This document shows positions 42,871 through 53,039 of a stretch of 64,000 nucleotides of DNA, piece after piece. The stretch lies in NCBI GenBank assembly GCA_963744145.1, contig CAVUSO010000001.1, positions 320,001 through 384,000 of the forward strand, written 5' to 3'. The notes below the pieces were generated by a model. That model ran no database searches, had not been told where the DNA came from, and worked only from the letters and a program-made list of their open reading frames with translations. Positions within the stretch are counted from its first letter, which is position 1; every line of letters begins with the position of its first letter. Made by a program: the position numbers and the translations under genes. The stretch is from an uncultured cyanobacterium (GTDB lineage: Bacteria; Cyanobacteriota; Cyanobacteriia; Cyanobacteriales; CAWUOF01).

Positions 42871-45330
42871 ATGAAAATCTGGCAAATAGTAGTATATTTA
42901 GAATTAGCCAACTTACTTTTCCATCCCTCCGTTTTAGGGCAAATAGTACCCGATCGCACCATAGGAACTACCGTAACACCAAATCTAACCATTAATGGGA
43001 TTTTGAGCGATCGCATTGATCACGGTGCAATCCGAGGGAACAACTTGTTTCATAGCTTGCAAGAATTCAATATTGGGTCAGGACGGGGAGCTTATTTTAG
43101 CAACCCAGCAGGAATCACCAACATTTTCAGCCGGATCACAGGTAGTAATTCCTCCCAGATCAATGGCACATTAGGAGTATTAGGTAATGCCAATCTATAC
43201 TTACTTAATCCCAACGGGATACTTTTTGGTCAGAATGCACGACTCGATCTCAAAGGATCATTTTTAGCGACCACCGCGAATCAGATTAACTTCGCGGATG
43301 GGACTGTTTTTAGTGTTACTAATCCTCAGACATCGACCTTGCTTACTATCAGTGTGCCAGTCGGGTTGCAGTTTGGGAGCAACCCGGGTCCTATTACCGT
43401 TCTAGGGATCGGACAAAATATTAATTCAGTCTCCAGCTTTAATCCTCAAAAATTAGATCTGAATATTGGTTCAAGTGGGTTACAGGTACAACCTCAAAAA
43501 ACCTTAGCCTTAATCGGTGGGAATCTAGCCCTAAATGGAGGGTTATTCTCTGCACCATCCGGACAAATTGAGTTGGGAAGTGTGATGGGAGGAACCGTCG
43601 CTCTTAATCCCAACCCTCAAGGGTGGACATTAAGCTATGGCAATGCTGGCAGCTTTGGCAATATTCAGATGATCCAAGGAGCCTTAGCTGCTGTAGTTGA
43701 CAGCACTACAGGGTTAAATGGAGGGGCGATCCAAATTCAGGGCAAACAAATCAACATCCAGGATGGCTCATTAGTAGTGGTGCAAAATCAAGGTAACCAA
43801 ATTGGGGGTGATATCAACATCAATGCTACCGGGTCACTCCAAATTATCGGCCCATCACTAAACTTTAGCAGCAATTCCACTGGCATAGTGGATGAAACCG
43901 GATCTACAGGTGCAGCAGGTAAGATTACGATTAACACTCCACAGTTGACTGTTGATCAAGGTGGTCAGGTCTTAAACCGAAGCTTTAATTCAGGAAAAGG
44001 TGGTGACATTATCCTGAACATTACGGATGAGTTGCAGGTAGGTGGTATTGCACCGGGAGATCCGCAGCAGACAGCCAGTTCTATCTCTAGCAATGGCTAT
44101 AAAAATGGTAATGGGGGTAATATATTTCTCTCCGCTCCATATATATTAGTCTTTGGGAGGGGTAATATCGGGTCTAGATCCTTTGACCAAGGGAATGGTG
44201 GTAATGTCACAATCAAGGCGGATACTATTCAAGTGACAAGTAAAGGAGTGCCTCCGGATGTATCTTTTGTTAGTGCGCTAAGCACTTCAACTTTCGGTCC
44301 AGGTCTTGCCGGTAATGAGACAATCGACACACGCATCCTCTCAATCCAAGATGGTGGAGTTGTAACAGCCTCTAGCTTTGGTACAGGAAATTCAGGTACT
44401 GTCACCGTCAATGCATCTGAAATCGAGTTAAATGGTATTAAAGACGCACAAAACCCAAGTTATATTGGTGCTGTGGTTCGCAGTCGCGGTATTTTTGGTC
44501 TAACTACCTCTCCTGCCAATTCAGGCAATGTCATCATTAATACTCCAACTCTGAATATTAGCAATGGTGCAGCGGTCTTGGTTCAAAATCAAGGTCTTGG
44601 TAATGCTGGTAGTTTGACTATTAATGCTGGCATAATCCGACTGGATCATGGGGGAAACATCTCCGCATCTACACAATCAGGGGAAGGGGGAAATATTAAC
44701 CTCCAGATTCAAGACTTATTACAGATGCGTCATGGTAGTTTCATTAGTGCAGAAGCGGGTGGTAGTGGTAATGGTGGTAATCTCAATATCAACGCTCCTG
44801 TGATTGTGGGATTAGAAAATAGTGACATTATTGCCAATGCACTCAAAGGTCAGGGTGGTAATATTTCAATTGCTACCCAAGGCATTTTTCTTTCCCCCGA
44901 TAGCAACATCACTGCTTCTTCCCAACTAGGTATTAGCGGTACTGTCAAAATCTCCAATCCTAACTTACAACGGCAAAATATTTTAGTTCTTTCTACTCCT
45001 AATTTTGCCAGTCAAGAGCAGGTGCTAACTAGCAATTGTTTGACTCGTCGCAACAGCCAACAGGGCACCTTTGTAGTTACAGGTAATGGTGGTTTACCAG
45101 AAACACCTGATCATAGCTTGATTTCCTATGATGTGCTTCCGGTGAGGGCTGTGCATGAAGGCAGATCAATCGGCAATAGAAAACTACCACCAGCGATCGC
45201 GAATTCCTGGCATTCTGGGGACTCAATTCAAGAAGCAACCGGATTGGCGTTTACCTCAGATGGCAAAGCTACACTTGTTGCTAATCCAAACCAGGTATTG
45301 TCCCATGATTCTTTGATCTGTTTTCAATAA
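42871..45330 (+). CDS. Filamentous haemagglutinin N-terminal (TPS) domain beta-helix protein, copy 2
   Basis: Signal peptide, NLFHS.QEF, NPAGI, NPNGI TPS motifs; GxGGNIxI repeats. Confidence 0.92.
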   Translation: MKIWQIVVYLELANLLFHPSVLGQIVPDRTIGTTVTPNLTINGILSDRIDHGAIRGNNLFHSLQEFNIGSGRGAYFSNPAGITNIFSRITGSNSSQINGTLGVLGNANLYLLNPNGILFGQNARLDLKGSFLATTANQINFADGTVFSVTNPQTSTLLTISVPVGLQFGSNPGPITVLGIGQNINSVSSFNPQKLDLNIGSSGLQVQPQKTLALIGGNLALNGGLFSAPSGQIELGSVMGGTVALNPNPQGWTLSYGNAGSFGNIQMIQGALAAVVDSTTGLNGGAIQIQGKQINIQDGSLVVVQNQGNQIGGDININATGSLQIIGPSLNFSSNSTGIVDETGSTGAAGKITINTPQLTVDQGGQVLNRSFNSGKGGDIILNITDELQVGGIAPGDPQQTASSISSNGYKNGNGGNIFLSAPYILVFGRGNIGSRSFDQGNGGNVTIKADTIQVTSKGVPPDVSFVSALSTSTFGPGLAGNETIDTRILSIQDGGVVTASSFGTGNSGTVTVNASEIELNGIKDAQNPSYIGAVVRSRGIFGLTTSPANSGNVIINTPTLNISNGAAVLVQNQGLGNAGSLTINAGIIRLDHGGNISASTQSGEGGNINLQIQDLLQMRHGSFISAEAGGSGNGGNLNINAPVIVGLENSDIIANALKGQGGNISIATQGIFLSPDSNITASSQLGISGTVKISNPNLQRQNILVLSTPNFASQEQVLTSNCLTRRNSQQGTFVVTGNGGLPETPDHSLISYDVLPVRAVHEGRSIGNRKLPPAIANSWHSGDSIQEATGLAFTSDGKATLVANPNQVLSHDSLICFQ

Positions 45331-45376
45331 CTTAGAGTTTAGCTTAAACAAAAGCTGTATTTTTTGCTAAAAATCA

Positions 45377-47902
45377 ATGAAAATCTGGGAAATAGTAGCA
45401 TATTTGGGATTAAGCAATTTACTGGTCGCTCCCTCCGTACTAGGGCAAATCATACCCGATCGCACCATAGGAACTACAGTAACACCAAATCTAACGATTA
45501 ATGGGATATTGAGCGATCGCATTGATCACGGAACCATCCGAGGAAGCAATTTATTTCACAGTTTTCAAGAATTCAATATTGGGTCAGGACAGGGAGCTTA
45601 TTTTAGCAACCCAGCAGGAATTACCAACATTTTTAGTCGGATTACAGGTAATAATTCCTCTCAGATCAATGGCACTTTGGGAGTATTAGGTAATGCCAAT
45701 CTATACTTACTCAATCCCAACGGGATACTTTTTGGTCAGAATGCGCGACTCGATCTCAAAGGGTCATTTTTGGCGACTACCGCTAATCAAATTAACTTCG
45801 CCGATGGGACTGTTTTTAGTGCTACTAATCCTCAGACATCGGCTTTACTCACCATCAGTGTACCCGTTGGGTTGCAGTTTGGCAGCAACACTGGTCCGAT
45901 TACTGTCCTAGGAGCAGGGAATGGTGGTGTAAATTTAGAAAACAACTTTGGTGCCCTTAGTGGGGCTCTCAATCTCCAAGGGACACCAAATGATACAAGG
46001 TTAAACAACAATATTAGTATTCCTTCTCCACTGAATATCAATATTGGTTCAAATGGATTACAGGTACAACCTCAAAAAACCTTAGCCTTAGTCGGTGGTA
46101 ATCTGACCTTAAATGGAGGGTTACTCTCTGCACCAGGAGGACAAATTGAGTTGGGAAGCGTAACAGGAGGAATCGTTGCTCTCAATCCGTCTATCCAAGG
46201 ATGGGTAATGAACTATGGTAATGTCTCTAGCTTTGGTAATATTCAGATAACCCAAAAAGCCTTAGCTTCGGTAGTTGGAAGCAGTGCAGGTTTAAACATC
46301 GGATCTGTGCAAATTCAGGGGCAACAAGTTAACATTGAGAATGGCTCATTAGTATTGGTGCAAAATCAAAGCAGTCAAACTGGTGGTGATATCAACATCA
46401 ATGCTACAAATTCACTACATATTATTGGTCAATCAACAGATTTTAACAGTTCCACTGGTTTAGTCAATGAAACCGTATCCAGTGGTGCAGCAGGTAATAT
46501 TAGGATTAATACCCCACAGTTGACTATTGAGGGTGCTTTATTCATTAACCGCACCTTTAGTTCAGGGAAGGGTGGCGATATTATATTAAATATTGGTGAT
46601 GAATTGCGGGTGGATGCTAATGCACCTAGCGATCCACAACAGGTACATAGTTCTCTTTTCACCAACAATTATGCAGAAGGTGATGCAGGTAATATATTTA
46701 TCTCTGCCCCAAGTATATTTATCCTGAATGGTAGCAACATGGGATCTGTCTCCTTTAGTCAAGGAAATGCTGGTAATATTACAATCAGTGCAAATACTAT
46801 TCAATTAAAAGGTTCGGAAACTGTTCAGGGTATTGCTGGCTATACTAATGTAATTTCTCTAGGTGCAGGTAGTGGTAATTCCGGTAATGAGATAATTGAC
46901 ACAAATATTCTATCACTCCAAAATGGAGCATCTTTATCAGCGACTAGCATAAGTACAGGAAATTCAGGTACTATCAAAATTAATGCCTCTAAATCAGTGG
47001 AAGTTAGTGGTATAAAAGATGGGCAAGCAATACTTTCAAGTGCTATTAGTACCGGAGTTTACAATCTTTTTGGTCAAAACCCTATTTCTAATTCAGGTAA
47101 CATCACCATTAATACTCCAATTCTAAATGTCCTTGATGGTGCAAACATCGTTGTTCAAAACCAAGGTGCGGGTAATGGTGGGAGTTTGAGTATTAATGCT
47201 GGCACAATCCGACTTGATCATAATGGAAAACTCGTGGGTTCTACCGCATCTGGGGAAGGTGGAAATATAAATCTTGAGGTTCAAGATTTATTACAGATTA
47301 GTCATGGTAGCTTTATTAGTACAGAAGCGGGTGGTAGTGGCAATGGTGGTAACGTTAATATTAAGGCTCCTGTGTTTGCGGGATTAGAAAACAGTGATAT
47401 TATTGCTAATGCAATCAAAGGTCGAGGTGGTAATATTGAAATTGTTACCGAAGGTATTTTTCTCTCCCCGGATAGCAATATTACTGCCTCTTCCCAACTA
47501 GGTATTAGTGGTACTGTTAGTATCTCCAACCCTAATTTGCAAAAGCAAAATGCGGCTATTACTTCTACTCCTAGTTTTTCCAGCCAAGAGCAGGTACTAG
47601 CTAGCAATTGTTTGACTCGTCGTAATAGTCAACAGGGAACTTTTGTGATTACAGGTAACGGTGGTTTACCAGAAACACCTGATAGTAGATTACTCCCCTA
47701 TGATGTGCTTCAGAGTAGGTCTGTAAATGTAGGAAGATTAATCAGAAATAAAGAACCACAACAAGCGATCGCTCATACCTGGCATTTTGGGGACTCAATT
47801 CAAGAAGCAACGGGATTTACTTTTACTCCCGATGGAAAAGTTATCCTTTTTGCTAATGCAAACCATGTATCTAATCCTGATTCTTTGATCTGTTTTCAGT
47901 AA
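45377..47902 (+). CDS. Filamentous haemagglutinin/TPS protein, copy 3
   Basis: Same motifs as copy 2. Confidence 0.92.
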   Translation: MKIWEIVAYLGLSNLLVAPSVLGQIIPDRTIGTTVTPNLTINGILSDRIDHGTIRGSNLFHSFQEFNIGSGQGAYFSNPAGITNIFSRITGNNSSQINGTLGVLGNANLYLLNPNGILFGQNARLDLKGSFLATTANQINFADGTVFSATNPQTSALLTISVPVGLQFGSNTGPITVLGAGNGGVNLENNFGALSGALNLQGTPNDTRLNNNISIPSPLNINIGSNGLQVQPQKTLALVGGNLTLNGGLLSAPGGQIELGSVTGGIVALNPSIQGWVMNYGNVSSFGNIQITQKALASVVGSSAGLNIGSVQIQGQQVNIENGSLVLVQNQSSQTGGDININATNSLHIIGQSTDFNSSTGLVNETVSSGAAGNIRINTPQLTIEGALFINRTFSSGKGGDIILNIGDELRVDANAPSDPQQVHSSLFTNNYAEGDAGNIFISAPSIFILNGSNMGSVSFSQGNAGNITISANTIQLKGSETVQGIAGYTNVISLGAGSGNSGNEIIDTNILSLQNGASLSATSISTGNSGTIKINASKSVEVSGIKDGQAILSSAISTGVYNLFGQNPISNSGNITINTPILNVLDGANIVVQNQGAGNGGSLSINAGTIRLDHNGKLVGSTASGEGGNINLEVQDLLQISHGSFISTEAGGSGNGGNVNIKAPVFAGLENSDIIANAIKGRGGNIEIVTEGIFLSPDSNITASSQLGISGTVSISNPNLQKQNAAITSTPSFSSQEQVLASNCLTRRNSQQGTFVITGNGGLPETPDSRLLPYDVLQSRSVNVGRLIRNKEPQQAIAHTWHFGDSIQEATGFTFTPDGKVILFANANHVSNPDSLICFQ

Positions 47903-47991
47903 CTAGCATTTAGCTAAATTGTCTGAGATTTTTGGGAAAATTGAGTACAATGATTAATTAAACAGAAAAATATAGTTTTTGTTAAAAATTC

Positions 47992-50439
47992 ATGAAAATC
48001 TGGCAAATAGTAGCATATTTAGAATTAGCCAACTTACTTGTCGCTCCCTCCGTACTAGCCCAAATAGTACTCGATCGCACCGTGGGAACTACCGTAACGC
48101 CAAATTTAACCATTAATGGGATATTGAGCGATCGCATCGATAACGGAACAATCCGAGGGAGCAACTTATTTCACAGCTTTCAAGAATTCAATATCGGGTC
48201 AGGACAGGGCGTATATTTTAGCAACCCAGCAGGAATCACCAACATTTTTAGCCGAATTACAGGTAATAATTCCTCTCAGATCAATGGCACCTTGGGAGTA
48301 TTAGGTAATGCTAATCTATACTTACTCAATCCCAACGGCATACTTTTTGGTCAGAATGCGCGACTTGACCTCAAAGGGTCATTTTTGGCGACCACCGCTA
48401 ATCAAATTAACTTCACCGATGGGACTGTTTTTAGTGCTACTCATCCTCAGACATCGACCTTGCTTACTATCAATGTGCCAGTTGGGTTGCAATTTGGCAG
48501 CAATCCGAGTCCCATTACTGTTCTAGGAATTGGGAATAATATCACTTTAACCTCAAGCTTGGGTGATTCCAGATTAAATATTGATATTGGTTCAAACGGT
48601 TTACAGGTACAACCTCAAAAAACCCTCGCGTTAGTTGGTGGGAATATAGCCCTAAACGGAGGGTTACTCTCTGCACCAGGAGGACAAATTGATTTAGGAA
48701 GCGTCACCGGAGGAATCGTCGCTCTCAATCCAAACCCTCAAGGATGGATATTAAGCTATGGAAGTGCTTCCAACTTTGGTAATATTAAAATGACCCAAAG
48801 AGCCTTAGCTTCTGTAGTTGAAAGCAATACAGGATTAAATTTAGGTGCTGTCCAAATCCAGGGAGAACAAGTTAACATCCAGGATGGCTCATTAGTAGCG
48901 GTACAAAATCAAAGCAATCAAACGGCAGGTGATATCAATATCAATGCTAAAGTGTCACTCCAGGTGATTGGTAAATCAGCAGATTTTAGCAGTAGCACCG
49001 GTGTAGTGAATGAAACCATATCTACAGGTGCAGCAGGTAAGATTACAATTAATACTCCACAGTTAACTGTTACTCAAGGTGCCCAAATCTTCAACCGAAG
49101 CTTTAGTTTAGGAAAAGGTGGAGATATTATATTGAATATTGGGGATCAGTTACAGGTAGGTGATATTGCACCTAACGATCCACATAATACAACCAGTGCT
49201 ATTTTCACCAATAACTATGGTGCTGGTAATGGAGGCAATCTATTTCTCTCTGCTCCACATATATTAATCTTTAAAGGTGGTGGTATAGGAACTAGACCCT
49301 TTGGTCAAGGGAATGGTGGTAATGTGACCGTCAAGGCGGATACTATTCAAGTGACAAGTTTGGGCGCACCCAAGGGTTTATCTTTTAGTTTGCTAGCCAC
49401 TTCAACTTTCGGTCCAGGTCCTTCTGGTAATGAAACAATCGACACAAGCACCCTCTCAATCCAAGATGGTGGATTTGTATCAGCTTCTAGCTTTGGTACA
49501 GGAAATTCAGGTACTGTCACCGTTAATGCGTCTGAATTAATCGAGTTGAGTGGTATTAAAGACGCACAAAACCCAAGTTATATTGGCGCTGTAGTTCGCG
49601 GTTTTTTTGGTCTAACTACCTCTCCTGCCAATTCAGGCAATGTCATCATTAATACTCCTACTCTGAATATTAGCAATGGTGCAACGGTCTTTGTTCAAAA
49701 TCAAGGTCTTGGTAATGCTGGTAGTTTGAGTATTAATGCTGGCACCATCCAACTGGATCATGGGGGAAGCATCTCCGCATCTACAAGATCGGGGGAAGGG
49801 GGAAATATTAACCTTCAGGTTGAAGATTTGCAAATACGTCATGGTAGTTTCATTAGTGCACAAGCGGGTGGTAGTGGTAATGGTGGTAATGTCAGGATCA
49901 ATGCTCCTGTGATTGTGGGATTAGAAAACAGTGATATTACTGCCAATGCACTCAAAGGTCGGGGTGGTAATATTTCAATTGCTACCCAAGGCATTTTTCT
50001 TTCCCCCGATAGCAACATTACTGCTTCTTCCCAACTAGGTATTAGTGGTACTGTCAAGATCTCCAATCCTAATTTGCAACGGCAAAATGTTTTAGTTCTT
50101 TCTACTCCTAACTTTGCCAGTCAAGAGCAGGTGCTAACTAGCAATTGCTTGACTCGTCGCAACAGCAAACAGGGCACCTTTGTGGTTACAGGTAATGGTG
50201 GTTTACCAGAAACACCTGATCATAGCTTGATTCCCTATGATGTGATTCAGGTGAGGGCTGTGCATGAAGGCAGATCAATCGGCAATAGAAAACTACCACC
50301 AGCGATCGCGAATTCCTGGCATTCTGGAGACTTAATTCAAGAAGCAACCGGATTGGCGTTTACCTCAGATGGCAAAGCTACACTTGTTGCTAATCCAAAC
50401 CAGGCATTGTCCCCTGATTCTTTGATCTGTTTTCAATAA
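47992..50439 (+). CDS. Filamentous haemagglutinin/TPS protein, copy 4
   Basis: Same motifs as copy 2. Confidence 0.92.
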   Translation: MKIWQIVAYLELANLLVAPSVLAQIVLDRTVGTTVTPNLTINGILSDRIDNGTIRGSNLFHSFQEFNIGSGQGVYFSNPAGITNIFSRITGNNSSQINGTLGVLGNANLYLLNPNGILFGQNARLDLKGSFLATTANQINFTDGTVFSATHPQTSTLLTINVPVGLQFGSNPSPITVLGIGNNITLTSSLGDSRLNIDIGSNGLQVQPQKTLALVGGNIALNGGLLSAPGGQIDLGSVTGGIVALNPNPQGWILSYGSASNFGNIKMTQRALASVVESNTGLNLGAVQIQGEQVNIQDGSLVAVQNQSNQTAGDININAKVSLQVIGKSADFSSSTGVVNETISTGAAGKITINTPQLTVTQGAQIFNRSFSLGKGGDIILNIGDQLQVGDIAPNDPHNTTSAIFTNNYGAGNGGNLFLSAPHILIFKGGGIGTRPFGQGNGGNVTVKADTIQVTSLGAPKGLSFSLLATSTFGPGPSGNETIDTSTLSIQDGGFVSASSFGTGNSGTVTVNASELIELSGIKDAQNPSYIGAVVRGFFGLTTSPANSGNVIINTPTLNISNGATVFVQNQGLGNAGSLSINAGTIQLDHGGSISASTRSGEGGNINLQVEDLQIRHGSFISAQAGGSGNGGNVRINAPVIVGLENSDITANALKGRGGNISIATQGIFLSPDSNITASSQLGISGTVKISNPNLQRQNVLVLSTPNFASQEQVLTSNCLTRRNSKQGTFVVTGNGGLPETPDHSLIPYDVIQVRAVHEGRSIGNRKLPPAIANSWHSGDLIQEATGLAFTSDGKATLVANPNQALSPDSLICFQ

Positions 50440-50485
50440 CTTAGAGTTTAGCTGAAACAAAAGCTGTATTTTTTGCTAAAAATTC

Positions 50486-52930
50486 ATGAAAATCTGGGAA
50501 ATAGTAGCATATTTGGGATTAAGCAACTTACTGGTCGCTCCCTCCGTACTAGGGCAAATCATACCCGATCGCACCGTAGGAACTACAGTAACACCAAATC
50601 TAACGATTAATGGGATATTGAGCGATCGCATTGATCACGGAACCATCCGAGGGAGCAACTTATTTCACAGTTTTCAAGAATTCAACATTGGAACGGGAAG
50701 GGGAGCTTATTTTACCAATCCAGCAGGAATCGTCAACATTTTTAGTCGGATTACAGGTAATAATTCTTCCCAGATCGATGGCACCTTGGGAGTGTTAGGT
50801 AATGCCAATCTATACTTACTCAATCCCAACGGCATACTTTTTGGTCAGAATGCACGACTTGATCTCAACGGGTCATTTCTAGCAACTACAGCGAATCAGA
50901 TTAACTTCACAGATGGGACTGTTTTTAGTGCTACCAATCCTCAGACATCTCCCTTACTCACCATTAGTGTACCAGTTGGTTTACAGTTTGGGAGCAACCC
51001 GGGTCCTATTACCGTTCTAGGGATCGGACAAAATATTAATTTAGGCTCCCCCCTTAGTCCTAAAAAATTGGATCTTAATATTGGTTCAACTGGATTACAG
51101 GTACAACCTCAAAAAACTCTAGTCTTAGTGGGTGGGAATCTAGCCCTAAATGGAGGGTTACTCTCTGCACCAGGAGGACGAATTGAGTTGGGGAGTGTGA
51201 TGGGAGGAACTGTTGCTCTTAATCCAAACCTGCAAGGGTGGACATTGAGTTATGGAAATGCTGACCACTTTGGCAATATTCAGATGACCCAAGGAGCTTT
51301 AGCTGCTGTAGTTGAAAGCAATACAGGGTTAAATGTAGGCGCTATCCAAATTCAGGGACAACAAGTCAACATCCAGGATGGTTCCTTAGTAGCGGTGCAA
51401 AATCAAGGTAACCAAACGGTCGGTGATATCAACATCAATGCTACAGAGTCACTCCATATTATTGGTAAATCAGCAGATTTTAGCACTCCCACTGCGGTAG
51501 TGGATGAAACCATATCTACAGGTACAGCAGGTAATATTACGATTAATACTCCACAATTGACTCTTGACCAAGGTGCCCAAGTCTACAGCCGAAGCTTTAG
51601 TTCAGGGAAAGGTGGTGACCTGATCCTAAACATTACAGATGAGTTGCAGGTAGGTGGTGTTGCCCCGCTCGATCCGCAGCAGATAGTCAGTTCTATCTTT
51701 ACCTATAACTATGAAGATGGTAACGGAGGTAATCTATTTATTTCCGCTCCACATATATTGATTTTTAATGGTGGTAATATAGGAGCTAGACCATTGGGTC
51801 AAGGAAATGGTGGTAATTTAACAGTCAAGGCAGATACTATTCAAGTGACAAGTGCAGGAGCGCCTCCTGGTATATTTTTTAGTGCGCTAACCGCTTCAAG
51901 CTTAGGTCAAGGTCATTCCGGTAATGAAACAATCGACACAAACACCCTCTCAATCCAAGATGGCGGAGTGGTGTCAGCTTCTAGCTTTGGTACAGGAAAT
52001 TCAGGTACTGTCACCATCAATGCGTCTGAATTAGTTGAGTTGAGTGGAACTAAAGACGCACTCCCAAGTTATATTGGTGCTGTAGTTCGCAGTTTTTTTG
52101 GTCAAACTACCTCTCCTGCTAATTCAGGTAATATCATAATTAATACTCCTACTCTGAATATTAGCAATGGTGCAACAGTCTTTGTTCAAAACCAAGGTCT
52201 TGGTAATGCGGGTAGTTTGAGTATTAATGCTGGCACAATCCAACTTGATCATGGGGGAAGCATCTCCGCATCTACACAATCAGGGGAAGGGGGAAATATT
52301 AACCTCCAGGTTCAAGATTTGCAGATGCGTCATGGTAGTTTCATTAGTGCAGAAGCGGGTGGTAGTGGTAATGGCGGTAATATTAATATCAATGCTTCTG
52401 TGATTGGGGGATTAGAAAACAGTGATATTACTGCCAATGCAGTCAACGGTCGGGGTGGTAATATTTTAATTGAGAGCCAAGGTATTTTTCTTTCGACCGA
52501 TAGCAACATTACTGCTTCTTCCCAACTAGGGATTAGTGGTACTATTCATGTATCTAACCCTAACTTACAACGGCAAAATGTTGTAGTTCTTTCTACCTCT
52601 AATTTTTCCAACCAAGAACAGGTATTAGCTAGCAATTGTTTGACTCGTCGCAACAGTCAACAGGGAACTTTTGTAGTTACAGGTAACGGTGGTTTACCAG
52701 AAACACCTGATCATAGCTTGATTCCCTATGATGTACTTCAGGTGAGAGCTGTGCATGAAGGCAGATCAATCGGCAATAGAAAACTACCACAAGCGATCGC
52801 TAATTCCTGGCATTCTAGAGACTTAATTCAAGAAGCAACCGGATTTGCGTTTACCTCAGATGGCAAAGTTACACTTGTCGCTCATCCAAACCAGGTATCA
52901 ACCCCGGATTCTTTGATCTGTTTTTGGTAA
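50486..52930 (+). CDS. Filamentous haemagglutinin/TPS protein, copy 5
   Basis: Same motifs as copy 2. Confidence 0.92.
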   Translation: MKIWEIVAYLGLSNLLVAPSVLGQIIPDRTVGTTVTPNLTINGILSDRIDHGTIRGSNLFHSFQEFNIGTGRGAYFTNPAGIVNIFSRITGNNSSQIDGTLGVLGNANLYLLNPNGILFGQNARLDLNGSFLATTANQINFTDGTVFSATNPQTSPLLTISVPVGLQFGSNPGPITVLGIGQNINLGSPLSPKKLDLNIGSTGLQVQPQKTLVLVGGNLALNGGLLSAPGGRIELGSVMGGTVALNPNLQGWTLSYGNADHFGNIQMTQGALAAVVESNTGLNVGAIQIQGQQVNIQDGSLVAVQNQGNQTVGDININATESLHIIGKSADFSTPTAVVDETISTGTAGNITINTPQLTLDQGAQVYSRSFSSGKGGDLILNITDELQVGGVAPLDPQQIVSSIFTYNYEDGNGGNLFISAPHILIFNGGNIGARPLGQGNGGNLTVKADTIQVTSAGAPPGIFFSALTASSLGQGHSGNETIDTNTLSIQDGGVVSASSFGTGNSGTVTINASELVELSGTKDALPSYIGAVVRSFFGQTTSPANSGNIIINTPTLNISNGATVFVQNQGLGNAGSLSINAGTIQLDHGGSISASTQSGEGGNINLQVQDLQMRHGSFISAEAGGSGNGGNININASVIGGLENSDITANAVNGRGGNILIESQGIFLSTDSNITASSQLGISGTIHVSNPNLQRQNVVVLSTSNFSNQEQVLASNCLTRRNSQQGTFVVTGNGGLPETPDHSLIPYDVLQVRAVHEGRSIGNRKLPQAIANSWHSRDLIQEATGFAFTSDGKVTLVAHPNQVSTPDSLICFW

Positions 52931-52940
52931 CTGAATGACC

Positions 52941-53013
52941 AGGATTAGAAGATTGGAGGATTTCAGGATAAAACTAAAGTTAATCCTGTTAATCTTGTAA
53001 TCCTCTAATCCTG
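52941..53013. terminator. Imperfect hairpin built from AGGATT / AATCCT short repeats between convergent genes
   Basis: CAGGATTAGAAGATT...AATCCTCTAATCCTG inverted arms. Confidence 0.45.
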
Positions 53014-53039
53014 ATCTGATTTAGGTAGGATTAGCGAAA

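Noticed and set aside
42821..47949. TGAGTACA (nif-type box) upstream of TPS copies 2 and 4 (42821, 47942)
   Set aside because: Both hits come from one duplicated spacer and are single boxes without the triplet arrangement; compatible with chance
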